Of a stretch of 32,000 bases of DNA, positions 1-8,939 are shown in pieces; the stretch's first letter is position 1; the number at the start of each line of letters is the position of its first letter. Position numbers and translations under genes: made by a program. A model generated the notes under the pieces. That model had not been told where the DNA came from, did not search any database, and saw only the letters and a program-made list of their open reading frames with translations. Source of the DNA: Candidatus Pacearchaeota archaeon (lineage in GTDB: Archaea; Nanobdellota; Nanobdellia; Pacearchaeales; UBA284); contig CP061211.1 of NCBI GenBank assembly GCA_026016245.1, positions 510,001 through 542,000 on the forward strand, given 5' to 3'.

Positions 1-485
1 CCTGTTCTTTGTGCAATATCACTATAAGTTACTTTTTCTAGCTCTTCTTCTAATGTATAGAGAACTGAGAAGATCAGGAATTCTTTGTTTGTTAATGTTT
101 TGAATTTTTCTCCTAGATCCTGTCTTAATGTGTCAAGAATATCAGAAAGCTGGTTGATTTCTTGTGAATATTCTGGCCTCTTAGAAGCTGTTTCAGGAGT
201 TCGTTTTAATGGTGTTATTTGTCTGTCGTATGTGTGCTGTCTGTCTGCTGGAACCCCTTCATTTCCTATGGAACTCTGGAAATTTGCTTGTTTTAGGCTG
301 TAATTCATTAGATTATCTGCCGTATTATGTGTCGTATGTCTGGCTTGTGCTGGAGGTGTGCTGGATAATAGAATTCGCTTAATTTCCTCAATTTCTTGTT
401 TAAGAATCATAATTTCTTGTTGAAAAAAAAGCATGTCTTCTTTGATTTTTGAGAAAGATTCTCTAACTTTATTTTCATCTATCAT
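1..485 (-). CDS. Putative coiled-coil/winged-helix regulatory protein (partial, C-terminus beyond the window edge)
   Basis: Manual minus-strand translation from ATG at 485-483: MIDENKVRESFSKIKEDMLFFQQEIMILKQEIEEIKRILL...SSIGNEGVPADRQ...LGEKFKTLTNKEFLIFSVLYTLEEELEKVTYSDIAQRT, open to the window start. Coiled-coil-like N-terminus and wHTH-like C-terminal start. Missing from the ORF track because it is truncated. Confidence 0.7.
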   Translation of the reverse strand, partial: MIDENKVRESFSKIKEDMLFFQQEIMILKQEIEEIKRILLSSTPPAQARHTTHNTADNLMNYSLKQANFQSSIGNEGVPADRQHTYDRQITPLKRTPETASKRPEYSQEINQLSDILDTLRQDLGEKFKTLTNKEFLIFSVLYTLEEELEKVTYSDIAQRT

Positions 486-527
486 TTTAGTTAGGGATAT
501 GTTAAGTAATTTAAATAGATTTTTGTG

Positions 528-836
528 TTATAAAATCCTAGAATCAATTATAAATTTCTGGCTGGCATTATTGATCTTTTTGTAGGCATCATAGACTTTT
601 GAATCTAAGCGCCACCTTATGCGTCTGCTATAGTCCTGACCTTTTGGATTCTTTTTTATTGCTATGACCAAGCCCTTAGCCTCTAGTCCAAGAAGCAGCT
701 TTTTCATGTATTCTTCATCTCTGGCCAGTTCTTGAGCTATACGGCATGTGAAAAGGGCTTTTGGGGAGTGTTGGAAAAGGAAATGAAGTATTGATTCTTT
801 TATCTTTTCCTCTTTTCTTATTGATATTCTTGGCAT
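528..836 (-). CDS. Small putative winged-helix DNA-binding protein
   Basis: 102-aa ORF with HTH-like pattern KIKESILHFLFQHSPKALFTCRIAQELARDEEYMKKLLLGLEAKGLVIAIKK. Confidence 0.6.
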   Translation of the reverse strand: MPRISIRKEEKIKESILHFLFQHSPKALFTCRIAQELARDEEYMKKLLLGLEAKGLVIAIKKNPKGQDYSRRIRWRLDSKVYDAYKKINNASQKFIIDSRIL

Positions 837-886
837 GTTTCTGTTTATGTAAAAATGTTTATAAAGATTATTGTGTTCTTCGGTTT

Positions 887-1795
887 ATGATTTCAAAAGA
901 AGTGACTAGGAGAGCGTTTCTAAAGTATATGATTGCAGGAGGGGCTGCTTTAGCTGCTAAACCTTCATTATTATGGGGTGAGACACTTGAAGATAAAATT
1001 AAAAGAAGAAGAATTGATGCCTTGCATCCTGGTCCAAGAGGACAACATATTGCAGGCTATCGGTTTCCTCTTAAGATTAAAGATAAGATTTTTCCTTATA
1101 TGAAAGGCGAGGAAATAAAATTTAATGTGCGTTTTGAGTATTTTCAGGGCCCAAAAGGTGTTGGAGGAGCTTTAAGGACTTTTGTTTATTTAGATGAAAA
1201 AGATTGGTATTCTAGAAAAGCTATACGCAATCTTAAACTCATATTCTATAGTACAAAGAAAACAAGTGTATCAAAAGAGATATATGAAGTTAATGTGGAT
1301 CGGCATAAAGGAAGAGTAACACACTGTTCTCTTGATTATGTCATACTTCCAGGAGATTATTTTGCTAAAAAATTTGAGAGTAGTGTTTACACAATTTTAA
1401 AAAAAGCGAAAATAAACAAGAAGGATATAAAAAAGGTGTTTTGGGTAAAAGATTTATTTGAAGATATCAAGGATCAGGATTTATTGGAAAAGATTATTGA
1501 AAAAGGTAATGATATAACTGGCCAAAGTGTGCATATAAAAACTGCTGATTATAATGGTTTTGGTCTTCTTGATGATAATCTTCTGAATGGAGAGAAAAGA
1601 AATCCAAAACTAGTGAGGGTTGAGTTGTTGAGAGGCGATCAGAGTGTTGAAGCAGTGGGTATTATTCTTAAGGTTGTTGATTTCAGGGAGACTAAAATGG
1701 GCACAGGAAATTTATTTGGTAGTGCTGATTATTTCTTTGACTTTAATGTGAAAAAACTTAGTAAAGACATAAATATTCCAAAAGGGGAAGATTAA
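887..1795 (+). CDS. Twin-arginine signal protein, function unknown
   Basis: ORF 761..1795, most plausible start ATG 887 giving MISKEVTRRAFLKYMIAGGAALAAKPSLLWG, a Tat-like signal (RRAFLK plus hydrophobic stretch). Confidence 0.75.
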   Translation: MISKEVTRRAFLKYMIAGGAALAAKPSLLWGETLEDKIKRRRIDALHPGPRGQHIAGYRFPLKIKDKIFPYMKGEEIKFNVRFEYFQGPKGVGGALRTFVYLDEKDWYSRKAIRNLKLIFYSTKKTSVSKEIYEVNVDRHKGRVTHCSLDYVILPGDYFAKKFESSVYTILKKAKINKKDIKKVFWVKDLFEDIKDQDLLEKIIEKGNDITGQSVHIKTADYNGFGLLDDNLLNGEKRNPKLVRVELLRGDQSVEAVGIILKVVDFRETKMGTGNLFGSADYFFDFNVKKLSKDINIPKGED

Positions 1796-3120
1796 ACAAG
1801 ATCTTTAAGCTCTTCTTTGTAAATGCTCAGAATTTTTGGTTTTAATTTTGATGGAATTCTTGAAGCATAGATTCTAAAGAATTTTTTTCTTAGTTCATCT
1901 TCTCTTGTTAGGGCTTCTTTTAGATATTTTTTCCTGAATTTATCTATAATATATCCTTTTTCTTTATTTCTTAAGGCAAATAAAAGCATTAAAAGTTCTT
2001 GTTCTTTTGAGAAAATTAAGTCATAAATAGTTGGACATTTTGGATTAAATAGGGTATAGTGTTTTCTGTTTTTTTTGCTGAAAAATTTTCTCAGACCCAC
2101 TCTTCTTGGATTTATTCCGAAGGCAGTCATGAATAAAGAGCAACCCATACAAGAACTACAATCATGACACCATCTCTTTCTTGTTGAAGCATCTAAACCA
2201 TAACAAGAATGCTGGTATTTTGCTATGTTTGGATATCTAGAATGAAGGATTTTTGTTATTGCTAAATCTGTTATAGGCCTAATTACACTAAAAACTTTAA
2301 CATCTGCGAATTCTTTTACCATTTTATCTAACTTTTTTGTCCATTCTGTTGTTTGATCATAAGAAGGATAAATTTTCTCTCCATTTTTTCTAATATAGAA
2401 GTCAAAATTCTTTTCATTTCCTAGAATAATATGATGGGAGTTGTAAAAATGAGCTAAAGGTAGAGCAATAAAACCAAATCCAGTTACCATATGAGCATAG
2501 TTGAGGGACATTTCTGCTCTGTTCCATGTCTCAAAATCATTTAATTTCTCAATAGAATTTGTTATGATATGCCCTTTCAGATTATTTTCTTTTGTTAGTT
2601 TCTTCATGAATTTTATCTTTAGTTTATTTTCAGAAGGTGAGACAGTATCATTAATATGTAAGGCTATAGGATTTAAGCTGATTTCTTTGGCTATTGCTAG
2701 ACTAAGAAGACTATCCTTTCCAAATGAAAGAAGGGAAATAGCTTCTGAATCTATTTTTATTGGTTTTTTTGTTTTAATTGGTTTTTTAGAGAAATTTATT
2801 TTTAGAGAGAGAAATTGTTTTTTATATTTTTTAAGATCTTGTTTATATTCGAAAGTAGATGATGGAAGATCCTTTAACATCAATTTCTGGAATGGTCTTT
2901 TGAATTCTGGTTCTGGTGTATTATAGAAGATTTTTTTAAATCTTGCAACTAAAGGTAAAGGGAGAGTTAGAAGATAAGCTAGATTTCTAATTAATTTGTC
3001 TTTTTTATCATATGTTTGCCAAATTTGTTTTGGGTAGCTAAGTTCTGTATTGATTATTTTTTTATGTTTTAATTTTAGAGAAAATCCTTTTTTTGTTAGT
3101 TTGGTTGTTATCTCTGGCAT
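1792..3120 (-). CDS. PP-loop ATP pyrophosphatase-type protein (QueC/7-cyano-7-deazaguanine synthase-like)
   Basis: LLSFGKDSLLSLAIA PP-loop motif and Cys-rich CHDCSSCMGC segment. ORF extends to 3141; internal ATG at 3120 gives MPEITTKLTKKGF. Stop overlaps the convergent upstream gene's stop. Confidence 0.6.
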   Translation of the reverse strand: MPEITTKLTKKGFSLKLKHKKIINTELSYPKQIWQTYDKKDKLIRNLAYLLTLPLPLVARFKKIFYNTPEPEFKRPFQKLMLKDLPSSTFEYKQDLKKYKKQFLSLKINFSKKPIKTKKPIKIDSEAISLLSFGKDSLLSLAIAKEISLNPIALHINDTVSPSENKLKIKFMKKLTKENNLKGHIITNSIEKLNDFETWNRAEMSLNYAHMVTGFGFIALPLAHFYNSHHIILGNEKNFDFYIRKNGEKIYPSYDQTTEWTKKLDKMVKEFADVKVFSVIRPITDLAITKILHSRYPNIAKYQHSCYGLDASTRKRWCHDCSSCMGCSLFMTAFGINPRRVGLRKFFSKKNRKHYTLFNPKCPTIYDLIFSKEQELLMLLFALRNKEKGYIIDKFRKKYLKEALTREDELRKKFFRIYASRIPSKLKPKILSIYKEELKDLV

Positions 3121-3210
3121 GTTTAAATCAAGATAGAACAATTTAAAATATTTCTTATCCTATAGTTTTATAAATATTTATGAAATATAAATTGGGCTAA
3201 GGGAAGTAAA

Positions 3211-5844
3211 ATGATTAAAAAAGCTGATTTGAGAAGCAGGGAGAAAATTTTGCAAGCTCTAGACCCAATTGTAAAAGAATGGTTCTTTTCTCAATTCAAG
3301 GAATTTAGCATGCCTCAGCTTTATGGGGTTATGCCAATCTATGAGAGGAAGAATATTCTGATTTCTGCGCCAACTGGTGGAACAAAAACATTAACTGCTT
3401 TTTTATCTATAATTAATTATCTTGTAATTCTTGCTAGGAAAAATGAGTTAGAAGATAAGGTATATTGTGTTTATATCTCACCACTTAAGGCCTTGAGTAA
3501 TGATATTTACATTAATCTTGAGAAGCCTTTAAGTGAGATTAAAGAGTTGGCTAAGAAAAAAGGTGTGAAATTACAGAATATAAAAGTAAGTGTAAGGACA
3601 GGTGATACTGCAGTAGAAGAAAAAGCTAAGATGTTGAAAAAGCCGCCACATATCTTGATTACAACTCCTGAAAGCTTGGCCATAGTTCTTTCAAGTAAAA
3701 AGTTTATTGAAAAATTAAGTGCTGTTGAATATCTGATTATTGATGAAATTCATGCTCTTGCTTGCAACAAAAGAGGTGTTCATTTAAATTTAAGTGTTGA
3801 AAGACTTGAAAATTTGTCTTGTATTGTTCCTGTACGTGTTGGTTTAAGTGCTACGATTGCTCCTATTGAAGAAATTGCAAAATATTTGGTTGGTTATGAA
3901 AAGAAAAATGGGGAATGGAAAGTAAAAGATTGTCTTATTGCCGATGTTCATTTTGTTAAGAAAACTGATTTGAAAGCTTTAAGTCCTATTCCTGATTTAA
4001 TTGATACAACTGCTGAAGAAATGAAAAAGGGTTTGTATTCTTTGCTTGATGATTTAATACAGAAACACAAGACAACCCTAATCTTTACAAATACAAGATC
4101 TGCAACAGAGAGAGTTATAAATCATCTTAAAGAGATGTTTCCAAAAAATTATCAAACTTTGGAAGAAAAAATTGGAGCACATCATTCCTCATTAAGCAAG
4201 GCTTTGAGATTTAAGATTGAACAGCAATTAAGAGAAGGAAAATTAAAGGCTGTTGTTACAAGCACTAGTCTTGAGCTTGGAATAGATATTGGTTATATTG
4301 ACCTTGTTATTTTATTAGGAAGTCCAAAATCAATTGCAAAAGCATTACAGAGAACAGGGAGGGCTGGCCATAGAATGCATAGTATCAGCAAGGGCCGTTT
4401 AGTTGTTTTGGATAGAGATGATCTTGTTGAGTGTGCTGTTATGTTAAAAGATGCTTTGGAAAAGAAGATTGATAGAATACAAATTCCTAAAAACAGTTTG
4501 GATGTTCTCTCTCAACAAATTTATGGGATGGCTATACAAAAGAAGTGGAATGTTGATGAACTTTTTGAGTTGATAAAAAAAAGTTATTGTTATCATGAAT
4601 TAAGCAGGGAAGATTTTCTTTCTGTTTTAAGTTATCTGGCTGGTGAGTATAGTGGATTAGAAACAAAAAATGTTTATGGAAAGATATGGTATGATTTAAA
4701 AACAAAGGAGTTGGGGAAGAGGGGAAGGCTAGCAAGAATGATTTATATGACAAATATTGGCACAATTCCAGAGGAAAGCTATGTTAATGTTATTATTGCA
4801 CATCCTAGAGAAAGAAGAGATGAAAAGATTGGTATGATTGATGAGGCTTTTTTAGAACGCTTAAAAAAAGGAGATGTTTTTGTTCTTGGTGGCTCTAAGT
4901 ATCAGTTTTTATATAGTCGTGGAATGAATGCTTATGTTAATTCCTCTGTTTACAGGCCTCCAACAATTCCTTCTTGGTTTTCAGAGATGCTGCCCCTCAG
5001 TTTTGATCTTGCTTGCTCTATACAACATTTTAGAAAATTAATAGATGATCTGTTTAGGAAAAAGAAGAATGAAAAAGAAATCAAGAATTTTATTAACTCT
5101 TATCTTTATCTTGACAAAAAAGCTGTTAATGCTATTTATAATTATTTTTATGAGCAGTATCATTATGCCAAAATTCCTCATGAAAAAAGGTTTTTGATTG
5201 AAAGATGGAAGGATGAGAATAACAAACAGTATGTAATCTTTCATTCTCTTTACGGCAGAAGGATTAATGATGCTTTGTCTAGGGCTGTGGCTTATCTTGT
5301 GGCTAAACACGGAAGAAGGGATGTTGAGATAGGAATTAGTGATAATGGTTTTTATATTGCAAGCTATCATCCAATGCAAGCTGAAAAAGCTCTCAAGCTT
5401 TTGTCTGAAAAGCCTGAATCTTTGCGTAAAGTTCTTGAAGATGCTGTAGAGAGGACTGAAGTTTTTAAAAGAAGATTCAGACATTGTGCCACAAGAAGTT
5501 TAATGATCTTAAGAAGATATAAAGGCAAGGGTAAAACAGTTGGCAAGCAGCAAATGAAATCTGTTTTCTTGTTAGGCGCTGTAAAAAAAATATCACAAAA
5601 CTTTCCTATTTTAAAAGAAACAAGGCGTGAGATCTTAGAAGATTTGATGGATGTGGAGAATGCCATACAACTTTTGAGTGGAATAAAAAACAAGAAAATT
5701 AATGTAGAAACAATTTATGTTGATCTTCCTAGTCCTTTTTCATTTAACTTGATAACACAAGGACATTTTGATTTGATGAAGATTGAGAACAAAATTGAAT
5801 TTTTGAAGAGGATGCACAAAGCTGTTTTAGAAAGAATAAAATAA
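3211..5844 (+). CDS. lhr: Lhr-like ATP-dependent helicase (SF2)
   Basis: 877 aa. Motifs: SAPTGGTKTLTAF (motif I), DEIHAL, VGLSATIAP, TLIFTNTRSATER, SLELGIDIGYIDLVILLGSPKSIAKALQRTGRAGHR. Confidence 0.88.
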   Translation: MIKKADLRSREKILQALDPIVKEWFFSQFKEFSMPQLYGVMPIYERKNILISAPTGGTKTLTAFLSIINYLVILARKNELEDKVYCVYISPLKALSNDIYINLEKPLSEIKELAKKKGVKLQNIKVSVRTGDTAVEEKAKMLKKPPHILITTPESLAIVLSSKKFIEKLSAVEYLIIDEIHALACNKRGVHLNLSVERLENLSCIVPVRVGLSATIAPIEEIAKYLVGYEKKNGEWKVKDCLIADVHFVKKTDLKALSPIPDLIDTTAEEMKKGLYSLLDDLIQKHKTTLIFTNTRSATERVINHLKEMFPKNYQTLEEKIGAHHSSLSKALRFKIEQQLREGKLKAVVTSTSLELGIDIGYIDLVILLGSPKSIAKALQRTGRAGHRMHSISKGRLVVLDRDDLVECAVMLKDALEKKIDRIQIPKNSLDVLSQQIYGMAIQKKWNVDELFELIKKSYCYHELSREDFLSVLSYLAGEYSGLETKNVYGKIWYDLKTKELGKRGRLARMIYMTNIGTIPEESYVNVIIAHPRERRDEKIGMIDEAFLERLKKGDVFVLGGSKYQFLYSRGMNAYVNSSVYRPPTIPSWFSEMLPLSFDLACSIQHFRKLIDDLFRKKKNEKEIKNFINSYLYLDKKAVNAIYNYFYEQYHYAKIPHEKRFLIERWKDENNKQYVIFHSLYGRRINDALSRAVAYLVAKHGRRDVEIGISDNGFYIASYHPMQAEKALKLLSEKPESLRKVLEDAVERTEVFKRRFRHCATRSLMILRRYKGKGKTVGKQQMKSVFLLGAVKKISQNFPILKETRREILEDLMDVENAIQLLSGIKNKKINVETIYVDLPSPFSFNLITQGHFDLMKIENKIEFLKRMHKAVLERIK

Positions 5845-6750
5845 TTAAATCAAGCTGGCTGCTCCTAACAAGCCAGCATTTTCTTGCAACTTAGAGATAA
5901 CAATTTTAACTCCTTTTTGCGAAACTTTAAAAGATCTTTTTTTCATTTCTTTTATTGCTGGCTTTAAAAGCAAGTTGCCTGCTTTAGAAATGCCACCATT
6001 TATTACAATCATCTCTGGATTGAAAATATTAATAATGTTAGCTAAACCAACACCAAGATATTTTCCAACTTCACTGTAGAGTGCTATGGATTTTTTATTT
6101 CCTTTTTTTGCTTGTTGTTGCAGTTTTATTAATTGATATTGCAGCTTTTGCGGTTCAAGGCTAAATTTAAAACTTTCCTCTTTTGCAACTCTAGCTATTC
6201 CTCTTGCTGAAACAAACTCTTCGAGACAGCCATGATTGCCACAATGACATTTTGGCCCATTTAAATCAATGGCCATATGGCCAAGTTCACCAGCGGTACC
6301 TTGGCCATGATAAATTTTACCATCTATAATAATACCGCTGCCAACTCCTGTTCCGAGACTTAAGCAAATTAAATTCTCGCAATGAAAGAAATGACTTTCA
6401 GCAAGAGCAGCACAATTTGTATCATTTTCTATTCTGGTTTTTAATTTAAACTTTTTTTCAATTATTCTTTTGATAGGAACATTTTTCCAGCCAGGCAAAT
6501 TTGGTGGCTGAAATACAATACCTTTTTCAGAATCAAGAGGGCCCGGCATACCAAGAGCTGTTCCAAGAATGTTTTTTTTATTAAGACCTTCAAGAAGCAA
6601 CGATATAATAGAAAAAATTCTTTTTATAACAAATTTTTTTCCTTTTTTTGCCTTAGTTGAAAATTTTATTTTTTTAATAATTTTATTATTTTGAATTAAA
6701 GCTCCTGCTATTTTAGTTCCACCAACATCTAATGCAATAACATAACTCAT
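5845..6750 (-). CDS. ROK-family sugar kinase (probable glucokinase)
   Basis: MSYVIALDVGGTKIAGALI phosphate-binding motif, TRIENDTNCAALAE, GHMAIDLNGPKCHCGNHGCLE zinc/ROK signature. Confidence 0.85.
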   Translation of the reverse strand: MSYVIALDVGGTKIAGALIQNNKIIKKIKFSTKAKKGKKFVIKRIFSIISLLLEGLNKKNILGTALGMPGPLDSEKGIVFQPPNLPGWKNVPIKRIIEKKFKLKTRIENDTNCAALAESHFFHCENLICLSLGTGVGSGIIIDGKIYHGQGTAGELGHMAIDLNGPKCHCGNHGCLEEFVSARGIARVAKEESFKFSLEPQKLQYQLIKLQQQAKKGNKKSIALYSEVGKYLGVGLANIINIFNPEMIVINGGISKAGNLLLKPAIKEMKKRSFKVSQKGVKIVISKLQENAGLLGAASLI

Positions 6751-6751
6751 C

Positions 6752-7228
6752 TTAGAATTTTTTTCTAAAACTTTTTTTTTCTATTTTTTTATAAGAATGG
6801 CCAGCTTTGGCTAGCTGAATTGTTAGTAGCTCTAGCCTTATTTTCCCCAGATTAACTGTTCTATGTGCTTGTTTTTTTGCAGGAAGATAATATGGCTTGT
6901 TTTTTTCTAGTTTAATTACTTCAAAATGTTTTTTATTTTGAATTAAAAGTAGGCCTTTACCTCTTAATAAAACATAAATTTCAGGATAAAGCTTAAGATG
7001 ATAATGGCCCCTAGTCATAAAATGTTCTTTTCCAATTTTGCCTGGCTCAAGAATTGTCAAACTATAATCTGTTCCTTTTTCCTGTTTTCTAAAAACGGTG
7101 TAAATTAATGGATTTTGTTTTAGTTTATTTTTTACTGCTGCCTTATCTGAAAAAAATCTTTGCATGTCACGCAACTTTATAATACTTTTTTTATTATAGT
7201 GCTTTTTAATATATTCTTTAAGTTCCAT
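6752..7228 (-). CDS. pgiA: Cupin-type glucose-6-phosphate isomerase (archaeal)
   Basis: 158 aa with TILEPGKIGKEHFMTRGHYHLKLYPEIYVLLRGKGLLLIQ, the cupin GPI metal-binding GHYH pattern. Confidence 0.8.
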   Translation of the reverse strand: MELKEYIKKHYNKKSIIKLRDMQRFFSDKAAVKNKLKQNPLIYTVFRKQEKGTDYSLTILEPGKIGKEHFMTRGHYHLKLYPEIYVLLRGKGLLLIQNKKHFEVIKLEKNKPYYLPAKKQAHRTVNLGKIRLELLTIQLAKAGHSYKKIEKKSFRKKF

Positions 7229-7248
7229 TTTTTAAATTTTATATAATG

Positions 7249-7815
7249 CTATATATTAGCGTGTCTTTTTCTAAGTTCTTTAAAACTTTTATGTTTCTTT
7301 TTTATCATGTCTAGAATAATAGAATCAAGATAAATTAATGCTGATTGCTCAAAAAGCGAAGCAAGGGGTTCTATTTTGCCATTTAATTCTGTTTTAAGTT
7401 CAATAATGAGATCTGCTTCTTTTGCTACTTTTGATTTTGGTTTTGCTGTTATTAAAACAATAGTAGTATTCTGTTTTTTGGCTTCTTTTACTATGTCATA
7501 AGTCAAGGTAGTTTCTCCTGAGCCAGAAATTGCTACAACAAGATCTTTAGAACCAATAGCTGGTGTTATAACTTCGCCAACAACATAGCTTTCAAGACCA
7601 AACTGCCGCAAGCGCATGGCAAATGCCTGAGCAATAAGGCCGCTTCTTCCTGAACCAACTAAAAAAAGATGTCTTTTTTTAAGAAGCAAGGTAACAAATT
7701 CTTTAGTTGTTTTAATATCTATTTTATTGAGGATTTTTGTAATCTCTGTAACAATTTTTTCTGTTTCTTTCGGGGGGGCTGCCCCCTTCGAACCAGGAGA
7801 TTTCTTTTTTTTCAT
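7249..7815 (-). CDS. hxlB: 6-phospho-3-hexuloisomerase (PHI)
   Basis: SIS-domain: FLVGSGRSGLIAQAFAMRLRQFGLESYVVGEVITPAIGSKDLVVAISGSGETTLT. ATG overlaps the stop of the adjacent HPS gene. Confidence 0.88.
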   Translation of the reverse strand: MKKKKSPGSKGAAPPKETEKIVTEITKILNKIDIKTTKEFVTLLLKKRHLFLVGSGRSGLIAQAFAMRLRQFGLESYVVGEVITPAIGSKDLVVAISGSGETTLTYDIVKEAKKQNTTIVLITAKPKSKVAKEADLIIELKTELNGKIEPLASLFEQSALIYLDSIILDMIKKKHKSFKELRKRHANI

Positions 7816-8459
7816 TTTAAAATTTCTTTTATTTTTCTAGCAATAATTTCTGGATTTTTTGCTTTTGTTATAGCTGATCCAACTATAACAATGTCTGGTT
7901 TTTCTTTTAACGCCATAATTTGCCTGGCAATTTTATCATTAATGCTTCCTGCAACAGCAATCTTCACTTTATTCTTTGTTAGTCTTTTGATATCTTTGAT
8001 ACAAGCAAGAAGATTTGTAATGCTTTTATGTAATTTTTCGTCAATTGCTCTGTGCAAGCAGATATATAATGGCCTCTTTTTGAGCTGTTTTAATTTTATG
8101 AGGATTTCTTTTTTGTTCAGGCCAATTGTATCAAGCATTACTTGTTTGTTTTTTTTAGCTGAATTTATAGCAGAAAGGATAGTTTCTTTGGGTGCAGAAA
8201 GACAAACTGTTGTAATATCTGCTCCTGCATCAAAGGCAAGCTTTGCTTCAAGAGCTCCAACATCCATTGTCTTCATATCAGCGAGAATCTTTTTTTTGGG
8301 AAATCTTTTTTTGAATGTTTTAACAATATGTAAGGATTCTTCTTTAATTAAAGGGGTTCCAGCTTCAATGATGTCAATAAACTTGGCTGTTTGATTGGCT
8401 ATTTTAATTGCTTTTTTTTTGTTTGGCATATCTAATGCAAGCTGTAACTGGATTTTCAT
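7812..8459 (-). CDS. hxlA: 3-hexulose-6-phosphate synthase (HPS)
   Basis: LQLALDMPNKKKAIKIA..IIEAGTPLIKEESLHIVKTFKKRFPKKKILADMKTMDVGALEAKLAFDAGAD, typical KGPDC/HPS family. Confidence 0.88.
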   Translation of the reverse strand: MKIQLQLALDMPNKKKAIKIANQTAKFIDIIEAGTPLIKEESLHIVKTFKKRFPKKKILADMKTMDVGALEAKLAFDAGADITTVCLSAPKETILSAINSAKKNKQVMLDTIGLNKKEILIKLKQLKKRPLYICLHRAIDEKLHKSITNLLACIKDIKRLTKNKVKIAVAGSINDKIARQIMALKEKPDIVIVGSAITKAKNPEIIARKIKEILK

Positions 8460-8932
8460 TTTGAATATCTTTTTTCAATTGCTTTAATTTTATTTATTCT
8501 TCTAATATGTCTTTTTTCTTTAGATAAAAAAAGCGTTTCTAACCACGCCACAACTAATTGTTTGGCAAGTTGTAAGGAGATATCCCCAAGACATAAGACA
8601 TTTGAATTTAAATGTTCTGATGCATGAACTGCAGTTTCTTTATTCCAACAAAGTGCTGCCCTGATTCCAGGAAATTTATTTGCTGCTATAGACATGCCCT
8701 GGCCAGTTCCGCAGATTAAAATTCCCTTACTTTCAGTCTTTGCTTTTAAAACTGCTCTGCAAACTTTTAGAGCATAATCAGGATAATCATCTGTTTTGTT
8801 ATATTTATAGGATCCAATATCCTCAGCCAAATAACCTTGGCTGGCTAGAAATTTTTTAATTTCTTGTTTCAGGGCAAAACCGGTGTGATCGCTTCCAATA
8901 AAAATCTTGGTTTTCTCACTTCTTTTTTTCAT
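8456..8932 (-). CDS. rpiB: Ribose-5-phosphate isomerase B
   Basis: FIGSDHTGFALKQEI, SKGILICGTGQGMSIAANKFPGIRAALCWNKETAVHASEHLNSNVLCLG. Confidence 0.87.
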   Translation of the reverse strand: MKKRSEKTKIFIGSDHTGFALKQEIKKFLASQGYLAEDIGSYKYNKTDDYPDYALKVCRAVLKAKTESKGILICGTGQGMSIAANKFPGIRAALCWNKETAVHASEHLNSNVLCLGDISLQLAKQLVVAWLETLFLSKEKRHIRRINKIKAIEKRYSK

Positions 8933-8939
8933 TTTAATT

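Noticed and set aside
85-303. 72-aa plus-strand ORF
   Set aside because: Antisense to the convincing minus-strand partial CDS 1-485; composition is not protein-like.
2501-2926. 141-aa plus-strand ORF inside the PP-loop gene
   Set aside because: Antisense shadow of a gene with recognisable motifs.
4532-5693. Minus-strand ORFs 4532-4765, 5038-5484 and 5367-5693
   Set aside because: All lie antisense to the well-supported lhr coding sequence; Phe/Ser/Leu-rich shadow translations.
7669-8394. 241-aa plus-strand ORF
   Set aside because: Antisense to hxlA/hxlB, both strongly supported.
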